Assembly: GCA_049322255.1 (NCBI GenBank)
Contig: JBMORE010000035.1
Location: forward strand, 1-31,752
DNA length: 31,752 nt
Direction: 5' to 3'
DNA from: Myxococcota bacterium
GTDB taxonomy: Bacteria; Myxococcota; Myxococcia; Myxococcales; Myxococcaceae
The notes below the pieces were generated by a model. The model saw only the letters and a list, made by a program, of their open reading frames with translations. It had not been told where the DNA came from and searched no databases. Positions 8,533-17,456 of this stretch are shown here, piece by piece. Within the stretch, counting starts at the first letter, position 1. Each line of letters begins with the position of its first letter. Made by a program: the position numbers and the translations under genes.

Positions 8533-8553
8533 CTCACCCCTACCCTCTCCCAC
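8533..8553. other. Perfect hairpin CCCTCTCCC-aca-GGGAGAGGG between the flotillin stop and the dsbD start.
   Basis: 9-bp stem with a 3-nt loop. Followed on the + strand by CTTTAGATT. No U-tract on the minus strand. Confidence 0.35.
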
Positions 8554-8582
8554 AGGGAGAGGGCTTTAGATTAACCGCAGTT

Positions 8583-10130
8583 TCAGGCGGGCGCAGAACC
8601 GCTCGGTTTTCCGTTCGCCTTGGGCAGCTCCAGGCCCGCGGCGCGCGCCAGCCCCATCACCCCCTCCACCGCGGCGGCGATGTAACCGAACGGGTTGGCG
8701 CCGTCGACCGCGGTGACGTGCACCTCGCCCATCTTCTGCTGGAAGGCGGCCGCCAGCTCGGGGAGCTTCTGGGCGATCGCCAGCTGAATGACCTCGGCCG
8801 AGACGTCGTTCTCGATCTCGCGCATCGTCCGCGCCCGCGACAGCTCGAGCTGGTGGGCCAGCTGCGTCTTCTTCATCTCCAGCTCGGCCGTGCGCACCTC
8901 GACGTCCAACAGCGCGACCTCCGCTTCCGCCACCTTCACCTTCACCCGCACCACCGCCTCGGCCTGGCTTTCGGCGGCCAGCGCCATCTGGTGCCGTGCC
9001 GCCGATGTCTCGGCCTGAAGCTGCGCCTTTTCCACCTCCGCCTGCATGCGGGCACGCTCCATACCCTGCTCATGCGAAAGCCGCGCCTCGGCCATCCGCG
9101 CCTGCGCCGCCAGCTCGCTCAGCCGCGCGCGTTCCTCGGCCGCTTGGCGCTGTTCCTTCACCTCCAGCTCGGCGGCGAGCCTGGCCAGGGCGAGGTCGCG
9201 CTCGTTGCTCACCTCCCCTTGCTTGACCATGCGCTCCTGCGAAAGCCTCGCCTCGGCGATTCGCGCCTCCGAGGCGAGGTGCTCGAGGCGCGCCTGCTCC
9301 TCCGCCGCCAGGCGCTGCCGCTTCACCTCGGTGGCCGCCGCCACCCGCGACAGCTCGACCTGCCGTTCAGAGCCCGCCTCGTCCTGCTTGACCGCGCGCT
9401 CCTTGGCCAGCTCGGCCTCGCGGGCCATGCGTTCTTGATCTTGGCGGAAGCGCGCCTGCATGTTGGCGAACACCGCCTGCGACATCACCCGCACGTCCTG
9501 AATCTCGATGGTGTCGATCACCACCCCCCAGCCTTTGTGGGTGCGGTCCTCCGGGCGGCCGACGCCCGAGACCACGGGAGCGATTTCGCGCATCAGCTCA
9601 CTCGCAAGCCCCTCCTTGCGACGGGTGAGCACCTGCTCGACGCTCATGTTCGCCACCAGCCGCCGCGCGGCGCCGACGAACATCTCCACCAGCATCTGCT
9701 CGAGCTTCTCCGAGGCACGCTCGGGGAAGCTGAAGTTGAGCATGCGGTAGGCGATGAGCGGTTCGGCGATGCGGTACACCGCCAACCCCGTCACCTGCAC
9801 GCCTACCTTCTCCGCGGTGATTTGGTCGGCGGTGAAGTGCAGCCGCTGCACGGTGGTGGGGACGATGGCCACCGAGTCCCACGGCCACTTGAAGGTCGAC
9901 GCACCCTGGCCCGAGCTCACCACCGTGCCCCCCCTCATGCGGATGAGGAACTCGCTGGGCTTGGCGGAGATGAAGCCCCACGACTTGAGCTTCGCCGGGT
10001 CCTCCTCCGGCTTGCCCGCGCGCCAACCCTCCTGGTAGCGCAGCCGCTCCGAAGGCTGGCTGGAGCTCACCGTGAGGTGTGCGCTCGACGGCACACCGTT
10101 GGACTTCTGCTTCTCCGTATTGGGTCTCAT
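8583..10130 (-). CDS. Flotillin-like SPFH/band-7 protein with a long Ala/Glu/Arg-rich coiled coil.
   Basis: ATG at 10130 with an AAGGAGG ribosome-binding site. SPFH-like N-terminal half (...FIRMRGGTVVSSGQGASTFKWPWDSVAIVPTTVQRLHF...VYRIAEP...). The C-terminal half is an EA-rich coiled coil containing an internal ~55-aa duplication. Confidence 0.8.
   Translation of the reverse strand: MRPNTEKQKSNGVPSSAHLTVSSSQPSERLRYQEGWRAGKPEEDPAKLKSWGFISAKPSEFLIRMRGGTVVSSGQGASTFKWPWDSVAIVPTTVQRLHFTADQITAEKVGVQVTGLAVYRIAEPLIAYRMLNFSFPERASEKLEQMLVEMFVGAARRLVANMSVEQVLTRRKEGLASELMREIAPVVSGVGRPEDRTHKGWGVVIDTIEIQDVRVMSQAVFANMQARFRQDQERMAREAELAKERAVKQDEAGSERQVELSRVAAATEVKRQRLAAEEQARLEHLASEARIAEARLSQERMVKQGEVSNERDLALARLAAELEVKEQRQAAEERARLSELAAQARMAEARLSHEQGMERARMQAEVEKAQLQAETSAARHQMALAAESQAEAVVRVKVKVAEAEVALLDVEVRTAELEMKKTQLAHQLELSRARTMREIENDVSAEVIQLAIAQKLPELAAAFQQKMGEVHVTAVDGANPFGYIAAAVEGVMGLARAAGLELPKANGKPSGSAPA
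9050..9390 (-). repeat. Diverged in-frame tandem duplication (~165 bp x 2) inside the flotillin coiled-coil region.
   Basis: Protein repeats ERAVKQDEAGSERQVELSRVAAATEVKRQRLAAEEQARLEHLASEARIAEARLSQ and ERMVKQGEVSNERDLALARLAAELEVKEQRQAAEERARLSELAAQARMAEARLSH. The corresponding DNA is visibly similar. Confidence 0.5.
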
Positions 10131-10309
10131 GGCGCCTCCTTGGGGGTGTGACCATCGGCGCTGCAGGATGGCGACCACCCGCGCGCCCTCACCTTTCGGG
10201 CATTTCGACGCCGGCATGCCCCAAGATGGAGCAGACCGCGCCACCTTGGAGCAGGTGGGGAGCAGGTCGACTTGACGCGTAAAACCCCGCCGGGCATGAG
10301 CTAGAGGTC

Positions 10310-11467
10310 ATGGCTCGCGCGCCCATCTATCTCGACCACCACGCCACCACCCCGCTCGACTCACGCGCGCTGGAGGCGATGCTCCCCTACTTGAAAGAGC
10401 ACTTCGGCAACGCGGCGTCGAAGAGCCACGTATTCGGCTGGCGGGCAGAAGGCGCGGTGGAGGCGGCGCGCAAGCAGGTGGCCGAGCTCATCGGCGCCTC
10501 GGAGCAGGAGATTGTTTTCACCAGCGGCGCCACCGAGTCGAACAACCTGGCGATCAAGGGGGTGGTCGAGCTCCATCGCAACGAGAAAGACCATGTGGTC
10601 ACCGTGACCACCGAGCACAAGTCGGTGCTCGACCCTTGTGCGCACCTTCAGCGCTTCGGCACGAAGGTGACCTACGTGGGCGTGGAGCGCGATGGACGGG
10701 TTTCGCTCGATGCGCTCCGCGAGGCGATGACGGCGCGGACGGTGCTCGTCTCGGTGATGCTCGCCAACAACGAGATCGGCACGGTGCAGCCAGTGGCGGA
10801 GATCGGCGCGCTGTGCCGCGAGAGGAGTGTGCTCTTTCACACCGACGCGGCGCAGGGCGCGGGGAAGATTGCTTTCGACGTCGAAAAGGCCAACGCCGAC
10901 CTGGTCTCCCTCAGCGCCCACAAGCTGTACGGCCCCAAGGGAGTAGGAGCACTCTACGTGCGAAGAAAGCCGCGGGTGCACCTGGCCTCGCTCATCGACG
11001 GCGGCGGGCACGAGCGTGGCCTGCGCTCGGGTACCCTCAACGTCCCGGGTATCGTCGGCTTCGGCAAGGCGGCGCAGCTTTGCCAAAACGAACGGGAGAC
11101 CGATGCGGCGCGGGTGCTGGGCTTACGCGAACGGCTGCGAACGAAGCTCTTTTCCTGTCTCGACGGCCTCACCCTCAACGGCGCGCTGGAGCCGCGGCTG
11201 CCGGGGAACTTGAACGTGTCCTTCGCCGGCGTGGAGGGCGAGGCGCTGATGCTGGCGATGCGCGAGGTAGCGGTTTCCTCCGGCTCGGCATGCACCTCGG
11301 CCTCGCTCGAGCCCTCGTACGTCCTTCGGGCGTGCGGCATCGATGACGAGCTGGCGCGCGCGTCGATCCGCTTTGGCATCGGAAGGACGAACACCGAGGA
11401 GGAGATCGACTACGTTGGCCAGTTGGTGGTGGAAAAGGTGAGAATGCTCCGAGCGGTGCACGCATGA
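10310..11467 (+). CDS. iscS: Cysteine desulfurase (IscS/NifS family, PLP-dependent).
   Basis: SSGSACTS active-site cysteine loop. Lys in the [10 protein letters not shown] motif. Conserved HHATTP...TSGATESNN. Confidence 0.9.
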   Translation: MARAPIYLDHHATTPLDSRALEAMLPYLKEHFGNAASKSHVFGWRAEGAVEAARKQVAELIGASEQEIVFTSGATESNNLAIKGVVELHRNEKDHVVTVTTEHKSVLDPCAHLQRFGTKVTYVGVERDGRVSLDALREAMTARTVLVSVMLANNEIGTVQPVAEIGALCRERSVLFHTDAAQGAGKIAFDVEKANADLVSLSAHKLYGPKGVGALYVRRKPRVHLASLIDGGGHERGLRSGTLNVPGIVGFGKAAQLCQNERETDAARVLGLRERLRTKLFSCLDGLTLNGALEPRLPGNLNVSFAGVEGEALMLAMREVAVSSGSACTSASLEPSYVLRACGIDDELARASIRFGIGRTNTEEEIDYVGQLVVEKVRMLRAVHA

Positions 11468-11805
11468 ACCAGACGCCTTCCAAAGGGTTCGAGGTGAGCG
11501 AGAGCGCGGTCGGCCGGCTGCGCGGCCTGCTTTCCGCCAAACCGGCGACCGCCGGCCTGCGCATCTTGGTGAAGGGCGGCGGGTGCTCGGGGCTGACCTA
11601 CCACATGGAGCTCGCCGACGAGCCCAAGCCCAAGGACAAGGTCTTCGAGCGCGACGGGGTGCGGGTGTTCATCGACGCGAAGAGCTTCCTCTACCTCGCG
11701 GGCACCACTCTCACCTGGGAAGAGAGCTTCATGTCTTCGGCGTTTCGATTGCACAACCCGAACGCGAAGACCTCCTGCGGCTGCGGCGAGAGCTTCTCGG
11801 TTTGA
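11464..11805 (+). CDS. iscA: Iron-sulfur cluster insertion protein, IscA/ErpA (HesB) family.
   Basis: C-terminal CGCGESF motif plus an internal GGGCSG. Its ATG overlaps the iscS TGA (ATGA). Confidence 0.85.
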   Translation: MNQTPSKGFEVSESAVGRLRGLLSAKPATAGLRILVKGGGCSGLTYHMELADEPKPKDKVFERDGVRVFIDAKSFLYLAGTTLTWEESFMSSAFRLHNPNAKTSCGCGESFSV

Positions 11806-11814
11806 TGCGTCTGC

Positions 11815-11844
11815 TTGACGCTCCCTCGGCGCGGCGCCTATACA
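11815..11844 (+). promoter_or_regulatory. Sigma-70-like promoter for the tRNA: TTGACG, 18-nt spacer, TATACA.
   Basis: TTGACG at 11815-11820 and TATACA at 11839-11844. The tRNA 5' end is at 11864. Confidence 0.5.
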
Positions 11845-11863
11845 CCCGCCCGCTTCACACACC

Positions 11864-11947
11864 GCCCAGGTGGTGGAATTGGTAGACACGCTAGATTCAG
11901 GGTCTAGTGGTGGCAACACCGTGGAGGTTCGAGTCCTCTCCTGGGCA
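11864..11947 (+). tRNA. tRNA-Leu (anticodon CAG), type II with a long variable arm.
   Basis: Acceptor stem GCCCAGG/CCTGGGC plus discriminator A. Anticodon stem CTAGA/TCTAG with loop TTCAGGG. T-arm GGTTCGAGTCC. No encoded CCA. Confidence 0.9.
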
Positions 11948-11950
11948 AGA

Positions 11951-11980
11951 GGGATCTGGCTCGCCAGGTCCCTTTTTTTT
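11951..11980 (+). terminator. Rho-independent terminator: GGGATCTGG-ctcg-CCAGGTCCC followed by T8.
   Basis: 9-bp stem (one G-U pair), 4-nt loop, eight consecutive T residues. Confidence 0.85.
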
Positions 11981-12055
11981 CGGCCCGCAGCGCCTCGGGC
12001 GTCGAGGGGGACATCTCCGGCGAAGTAGTGCTTCAGCGAAAAGTTGAAGGCTCGA

Positions 12056-13915
12056 CTACGGATAGCTCGCCAGGCACGCCTGGAGCTGGGAGGTCATCGT
12101 CCAGCTGCAGCTCCCATCAGACTGCTGCTCACAGGTGGCGGTCTTGTAGCACTCGTACTGTGGCAGCCACACGCAACTGGTGAACACTGGCCCACTTGCA
12201 CAGAGCTGGCGCGAGCAGCCGGTGGCGATGCAGGGGGCGGCAGATGTGGTGAAGGAAGAGTCCCCACTGGTAGCGAGGTTTGTGGAGCCGTCGGCGCTCA
12301 GCACTCGAAAGTGGTACGGGGTCGAAGCGGCCAGGCCGGTCAACTCGACGCTGTGGCTTGTGACCAGATTGGCGTCGAGCGGGGTGGCGTTGCCATACGC
12401 CGTCGTCAAGCCGTACTCCACTCGGGAGGTCGCCGGCTCATCGGTCGTCCAGGTGATGGTGGCCCGGTTGGAGATGATGGCGCCGGCGGCCACCTGGGTG
12501 ATGGTCGGCGCGACGACGTCCAACTGAGCGAGGGCCGCATCGACTTGTATACGGGGTTTCGTCAAACCATTGCGTGGGTCCAAGACCGGCTGGCCCGTGC
12601 TGGTCAGCGCGCCCAGAAGCTCGTCCACCGTCGCCGTGGGGTATTGACCTTTCAGCACGGCCCAGGCCCCCGCGACGTGCGGAGTCGCCATCGAGGTGCC
12701 GTTCCAATAGGCGAAACCTCCTCCGGGCACCGAGGACTGAATGGAGACGCCGGGGGCGAGCAGCGAGAGGAAGGACGCGCTGTTGGAGAAGCTCGCCACT
12801 CCGTCACTCTTGGATGTCGCCCCAACGCTGATCGCGCTGGAGATGCACGCGGGCCTGGGCATTCCATCGAGGTAGCCATGGTTGTGTGAGCAAACGACGG
12901 TGGGAATGCCTACGGCGCGCAGCGCGTCGATGGCGGTCTTGGTGGCGACGCTGACAGCGTCACAGGCCGCGGTAGTGGTGTACTTGGTGTCTTCTCCCAG
13001 GCTGACGTTCACCGCCGCAATCGAGTGGGTGCTGCGCAACTGATAGACGTAGTCGAGCCCTCTGATCAGGTCGGAGGTCCCGTAGCCCACGCAGGGGGTG
13101 GTGCTGGCGCCGCAAAAGACTGGATCGTCTATGCGGCTGAAGACCTGAATGGCAACGAGCTCGGCGTCCTTGGCGATTCCCGAAAATCCACTCCCTCGGC
13201 CCGCGGCAATTCCTGCCACGTGTGTACCGTGGTCACAGCCATAAATGGAGCTGGGACAGTTGACCCCGGCGCCCGGCCCCAGCTGCTCATCGAGCCCGTT
13301 GGGGCAAACGGTGCTGGAAAGCGCGGTCGTCGACGAGTAGCAAGCTTCCGCCACCACTTTTCCCGAAAGAAACGGGTGCGTACCGTCGATTCCCGTGTCG
13401 AGGATGGCGATGGCTCGACCCGCGCCCGTGCTCCCCAAGCTCCACGCCGCGGTGGTGCCGACGAGCGGCCCGCTCTCGGCCAGCGCTGGCCTACCGAAGA
13501 GGTCTTCTTGAACGTTCACCACGTCGGGGTCGTTGGCGAGGTGAACAATCTCAGCAGGGTTCGCCTCGATCGCCAGTAGGGGGAAGAAGCCGAACCGCTT
13601 GACCGAAGCCGGGAAAGACGAATTCAGCGTCCTGAGCAAGCGATCTTGAGCCGCGCCGATCTCCTCGGGAGACTCTGCCTTCAGGAGCAAAATCATCCGT
13701 GCCGAACCGCGCTTTTGCGCCACCTCGAAGAGTGAGGAGAAGCGCCTGTCGAGGCCTTGCGCGGGGGCCACACCCTCGGGTGGCGATCCCGCGGGTGCCA
13801 CGGTCTCGGGCGCCACGGCGAGTGGCCTCATCGGTTCGCAGGCGGCCAGCGCTCCGCAGGTACCCGCCACCAACCAATAGACGACGCGGTCCAAGGTCGA
13901 GCTCTTCTTTCCCAT
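12056..13915 (-). CDS. Secreted subtilisin-like serine protease (S8 family). Lipoprotein with an I9 propeptide, a fibronectin-III-like domain and a Cys-rich C-terminal module.
   Basis: Catalytic triad motifs DTGID, HGTHVAG, GTSMATPHVAG. Lipobox GALAAC. The ATG at 13915 is preferred over the TTG at 13921. The C-terminal ~55 aa contains 8 Cys. Confidence 0.85.
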   Translation of the reverse strand: MGKKSSTLDRVVYWLVAGTCGALAACEPMRPLAVAPETVAPAGSPPEGVAPAQGLDRRFSSLFEVAQKRGSARMILLLKAESPEEIGAAQDRLLRTLNSSFPASVKRFGFFPLLAIEANPAEIVHLANDPDVVNVQEDLFGRPALAESGPLVGTTAAWSLGSTGAGRAIAILDTGIDGTHPFLSGKVVAEACYSSTTALSSTVCPNGLDEQLGPGAGVNCPSSIYGCDHGTHVAGIAAGRGSGFSGIAKDAELVAIQVFSRIDDPVFCGASTTPCVGYGTSDLIRGLDYVYQLRSTHSIAAVNVSLGEDTKYTTTAACDAVSVATKTAIDALRAVGIPTVVCSHNHGYLDGMPRPACISSAISVGATSKSDGVASFSNSASFLSLLAPGVSIQSSVPGGGFAYWNGTSMATPHVAGAWAVLKGQYPTATVDELLGALTSTGQPVLDPRNGLTKPRIQVDAALAQLDVVAPTITQVAAGAIISNRATITWTTDEPATSRVEYGLTTAYGNATPLDANLVTSHSVELTGLAASTPYHFRVLSADGSTNLATSGDSSFTTSAAPCIATGCSRQLCASGPVFTSCVWLPQYECYKTATCEQQSDGSCSWTMTSQLQACLASYP

Positions 13916-13939
13916 ACGCAACTTCTACCACGCGTAGAC

Positions 13940-16900
13940 CTAGCCCCGAGACTGACGTCCGCGGCGACGCCATGCGACAAAACACAGCACCCACCAGGAC
14001 ACCCCCAAGAGGTGGACTCCCCCCTCACAGCCGCAACCTACTCGGTAGTGCGTCGGGTCGCCGGGGACAGTTTCCTCCGCGGGGAGCTGGGCGCACGCGC
14101 CTTTGACGCAGAGGGCCCCGGCGGCACACGCCGCCCCGCACTGGCCGCAGTGGTTGGAGTCGCTGCCCAAGTCCACGCACGCGTTGGCGCAGGTGGTCAT
14201 GCCCGCAGGGCACAAGACGCGAAAGTCGGTCTCGGCCTCGCTGTTGCCTCCAAAGGGCACCCAGCGGCCGAACCCCGTTCTGACCGGATAGATGACTCGC
14301 GCGCGCCAGTGCTTCGCACCTGGAGAGAGGTTCGCGATCAAGACGCGGGCAACCGCTCCGGCGGTGAACGCAAGGGATTGAACCGTCCCTCGCCCATCGA
14401 AAGGAACCCCGACGTTCTTCACCTCGACCTCGAGCCGAAGCATCCCGCCCAGAGGACTTTCCTGGCCGACTCGCCCCATGAGGGTCACGTCGGGGCCCGC
14501 GGAGGCTCCCAGACCGATGCGCGTGACTCCATCGTCGCGAAGCTGCGCGAGCCCTCGCGCCGCGCCTGGAGCGCCGTCCCCACCGAAAAAGACATACGCC
14601 CGGCCCTCGGCGTTGGAGGACCCGTCCCAGCCCGGCGCGCCCACCAGGAGGTCACCGAACCCATCTGCGTTGACGTCTCCCGCGCTCGCCACCGCCGCAC
14701 CGAAGTTTGCTCCCTGCTGATCGACCGGATCGAACCGAGCTCCGGCGAGAGGGCCAGCGCTGCCCGCATAGGCGTATATCGCCCCTTCCCCCGCCACCGA
14801 GCCGCTCCCCCGGGGCGCACCGATGGCGACGTCGGCGAAGCCGTCGCCGTTGAAGTCGACCCCGCCCGCCACGGCGGCACCGAACCCCGCATCGACCTCG
14901 GGCGCTGGATGGGGCAGCGACGTCGCCAGGGTGACTCCGGCGTCTCCTCCCCAATAGAGGTATGCCCCGCCTTCGTTGAGCTCGGTCCCATCGAACGCCC
15001 GCGCTCCGATGAGCAGGTCGCCGCGGCCATCACCGTTGACGTCACCCGCGGCGGCGACGGCTCTGCCGAATTCAGCCCCCGCTTGATCTGTCGGATCGAC
15101 GGGGGTCCCAACAAGCTCTAGCCCTCCGGCGTTCCCGAGGAAAATGTAAGCACGCCCTTCGTCCGGTTGGGCGCCGTCCCACCTGAACGCCCCGAGCAGC
15201 GCATCGGCCAGCCCGTCTCCGTTGACGTCTCCAGCGCCGGCGAGAGGAAACGAGAACCACGCACCGGCCTGATCGGTGGGGTCGAGCACCCAAGCGGGAG
15301 TCGTTGCCAGCCCAGTGGGGCCTCCCAGGAACAAGTACCCGCGCCCCTCCTCGAAGGCTTCTCCGCTCCACTCGTCCGCGGAGACCAAGACGTCGGCGAA
15401 ACCATCGCCATTCACGTCGCCCGCGCCGGCGACCGAATCGCCAAAGAAGGACCCTGCCTGATCCGTCGGATCGAGCACCCACGCCGGCATGAGCGAAAGC
15501 CCGGTGGCGGTCGGGCCGCCCCAATAGACGTAGGCTCGCCCTTCGTTCGCCGCCTGGTTGTCGGCCCGATAAGCGCCGATCACCACATCGCCATACCCGT
15601 CTCCATTCACGTCACCGGCGGCCGAGAGCGAATTTCCGAGCTCGGCAGAACTTTCGTCGGTCGGGTCTGCCGTCCACGCCGGGCTGGTGGCGAGCCCTGT
15701 GGCGCCACCCAGAAAAAGGTAGACGCGCCCCTCGTCGCTGGCTTGGCCGTTCCAGTCCTTCGCCCCGATGAGGACGTCGCCAAAGCCATCGCCGTTGACA
15801 TCGCCCGCGCTGGCCACTGCTGCGCCGAACGCCGCTCCTGCCTGATTGGTGGGGGCAACCGTCCAGAAATTCGTGGGGGTGAGGCCCTCGGCGAACCCCA
15901 AGTAGACATACGCTCTGCCTTCGTCTGGCTGGGACCCATTCCATTCACTGGCCCCGACGACGACGTCGCCAAACCCGTCTCCGTTGACGTCCCCCGCACC
16001 GGCGACCGACACCCCGAACCAGGCATCGACCTGGTCCGCGGGGTCGGCTGTCCAAGTCAAGGCGCTTCGCAACCCGCTGGCGCTCCCAAGGTAGAGGTGA
16101 GCGCGCCCTTCGCTGGCGAACACCGCGCTGTCCCACGAGGGAGCGCCCACGAGCACGTCGGAGTAGCCGTCACCGTTGACGTCGCCGACGCCTGCCACGG
16201 ACGAGCCGTACCGGGCGCTGAACTGGTCGGTCGGGTCGTCGAACCACACCGGGCTGTTCGAAAGCCCCGCTTGGCTCCCCAGGAAAAGATAGGCCCGGCC
16301 TTCATTGCCGAAGCTGCCCGGCCCGTCCCAGCCCGCAGCGCCCACCAAAACGTCCGCATAGCCGTCTGCGTTGACGTCGCCCGCGCCAGCCACCGAATAG
16401 CCAAAGAGCGCGAAGGCCTGGTCGGAGGAGTCAGCCGTCCACGCTGCCGCCAAGCTCAAGCCCGACATTCCGCCCTGGAACAAATAGACACGCCCTTCGT
16501 TGGTTCGGGCTGTGGCCAGGTCGTCCCACAAGTAGGCACCCACCACCACGTCTCCGAAGCCGTCACCGTTGATGTCGCCGGCGCCGCTCACCGACGCCCC
16601 AAACCACGCATCGGGCTGCGGGTCGGGAGCGGTCAGCTCTCGCGAAGGTGAGCTGGCGAGACCTCCCGGTCCGCCGAGGTAGACATAGACCTTGCCTTGA
16701 TTGGTCAACGCCCCCGGTCCACTCCAACCTGACGCCCCCACGACGACGTCGGCGTACTCGTCGCCGTTGAGGTCGCCGGCACCCGAGACGGAAAACCCGA
16801 AGAACGCGCCCTGGAGGTCGGTGGGGTCGGCCACCCAGCTCGGCGCGGCTTCCAACCCGGCCGCGCTGCCCAAAAACAAGTACGCCCGGCCTTCGTCAGC

Positions 16901-17278
16901 GGCTTCGCCATCGAACCCGTCGGAGCCGACCAGAACGTCGGCAAAGCCGTCACCGTTCACGTCTCCCACACCTGCGACCGCCCAGCCAAACCGGGAGCCC
17001 GTCTGGTCCGTCGGGTCTGCCGTCCACGCAGGAACGGTCGCCAACCCGGTGGCGCCTCCGAGAAAAAGGTACGCACGCCCTTCGTCGGTGCGCCCGGCAC
17101 CCGAATCGTCCCAAGAGGGAGCGCCGACCACCAGGTCAGCGTAGCCATCGCCGTTGACATCGCCCGCGCTGGCGGAGCTACCGAAGTTCGCGGTGCTCTG
17201 GTCGGTCGGGTCGGCCGTCCATGACTCAGTTGCCCTGAGCCCCGCAAGGCTGGGAGAGCCGCTCCAGGTCAGCGCCAA
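13940..17278 (-). CDS. Very large FG-GAP (integrin-alpha-like) repeat protein with a Cys-rich module and a MYXO-CTERM-type C-terminal sorting tail.
   Basis: About 15 tandem ~60-aa repeats (...FG.SVAGAGDVNGDGYADVLVGA...EGRAYLFLG...). The C-terminus GCGCEGGVHLLGVSWWVLCFVAWRRRGRQSRG has the GC-motif, a TM helix and an Arg cluster characteristic of MYXO-CTERM. The start is uncertain (see findings). Confidence 0.8.
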   Translation of the reverse strand: MALTWSGSPSLAGLRATESWTADPTDQSTANFGSSASAGDVNGDGYADLVVGAPSWDDSGAGRTDEGRAYLFLGGATGLATVPAWTADPTDQTGSRFGWAVAGVGDVNGDGFADVLVGSDGFDGEAADEGRAYLFLGSAAGLEAAPSWVADPTDLQGAFFGFSVSGAGDLNGDEYADVVVGASGWSGPGALTNQGKVYVYLGGPGGLASSPSRELTAPDPQPDAWFGASVSGAGDINGDGFGDVVVGAYLWDDLATARTNEGRVYLFQGGMSGLSLAAAWTADSSDQAFALFGYSVAGAGDVNADGYADVLVGAAGWDGPGSFGNEGRAYLFLGSQAGLSNSPVWFDDPTDQFSARYGSSVAGVGDVNGDGYSDVLVGAPSWDSAVFASEGRAHLYLGSASGLRSALTWTADPADQVDAWFGVSVAGAGDVNGDGFGDVVVGASEWNGSQPDEGRAYVYLGFAEGLTPTNFWTVAPTNQAGAAFGAAVASAGDVNGDGFGDVLIGAKDWNGQASDEGRVYLFLGGATGLATSPAWTADPTDESSAELGNSLSAAGDVNGDGYGDVVIGAYRADNQAANEGRAYVYWGGPTATGLSLMPAWVLDPTDQAGSFFGDSVAGAGDVNGDGFADVLVSADEWSGEAFEEGRGYLFLGGPTGLATTPAWVLDPTDQAGAWFSFPLAGAGDVNGDGLADALLGAFRWDGAQPDEGRAYIFLGNAGGLELVGTPVDPTDQAGAEFGRAVAAAGDVNGDGRGDLLIGARAFDGTELNEGGAYLYWGGDAGVTLATSLPHPAPEVDAGFGAAVAGGVDFNGDGFADVAIGAPRGSGSVAGEGAIYAYAGSAGPLAGARFDPVDQQGANFGAAVASAGDVNADGFGDLLVGAPGWDGSSNAEGRAYVFFGGDGAPGAARGLAQLRDDGVTRIGLGASAGPDVTLMGRVGQESPLGGMLRLEVEVKNVGVPFDGRGTVQSLAFTAGAVARVLIANLSPGAKHWRARVIYPVRTGFGRWVPFGGNSEAETDFRVLCPAGMTTCANACVDLGSDSNHCGQCGAACAAGALCVKGACAQLPAEETVPGDPTHYRVGCGCEGGVHLLGVSWWVLCFVAWRRRGRQSRG
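14300..17100 (-). repeat. Intragenic tandem repeats (~180 bp units) encoding the FG-GAP blades.
   Basis: A recurring GDVNGDG(Y/F)(A/G)DV motif about every 60 aa in the translated protein. Confidence 0.6.
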
Positions 17279-17316
17279 GAGCGCGGCCAGCGCCCAGCGG
17301 TGTCGCCCCGACCTAC

Positions 17317-17400
17317 TCAGAAGGCCCGCCCCTGACCGCCGTCGACAGGAAGGGTGGGGCCGGTGACGAGCGCCCGTTGGGATTCGAGCTCGAGATTCAT
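17317..17400 (-). pseudogene. Relic 3' fragment of a short-chain dehydrogenase/reductase (SDR) gene.
   Basis: The minus-strand translation of 17400..17317 is MNLELESQRALVTGPTLPVDGGQGRAF*. ..(V/I)TG.TL.VDGG.. is the signature C-terminal motif of the SDR family. An in-frame TAG lies 8 codons upstream, so only the tail of the gene survives. Confidence 0.45.
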
Positions 17401-17456
17401 CTGGGCAGTGGTGACGGCACTCTAGCAGCCGGCTCGACCCATGGCAGAATGCCCGC

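Noticed and set aside
10245-10309. TTGACG -35-like hexamer upstream of iscS.
   Set aside because: No acceptable -10 (TAnnnT) at 16-19 nt spacing, so it is not called as a promoter.
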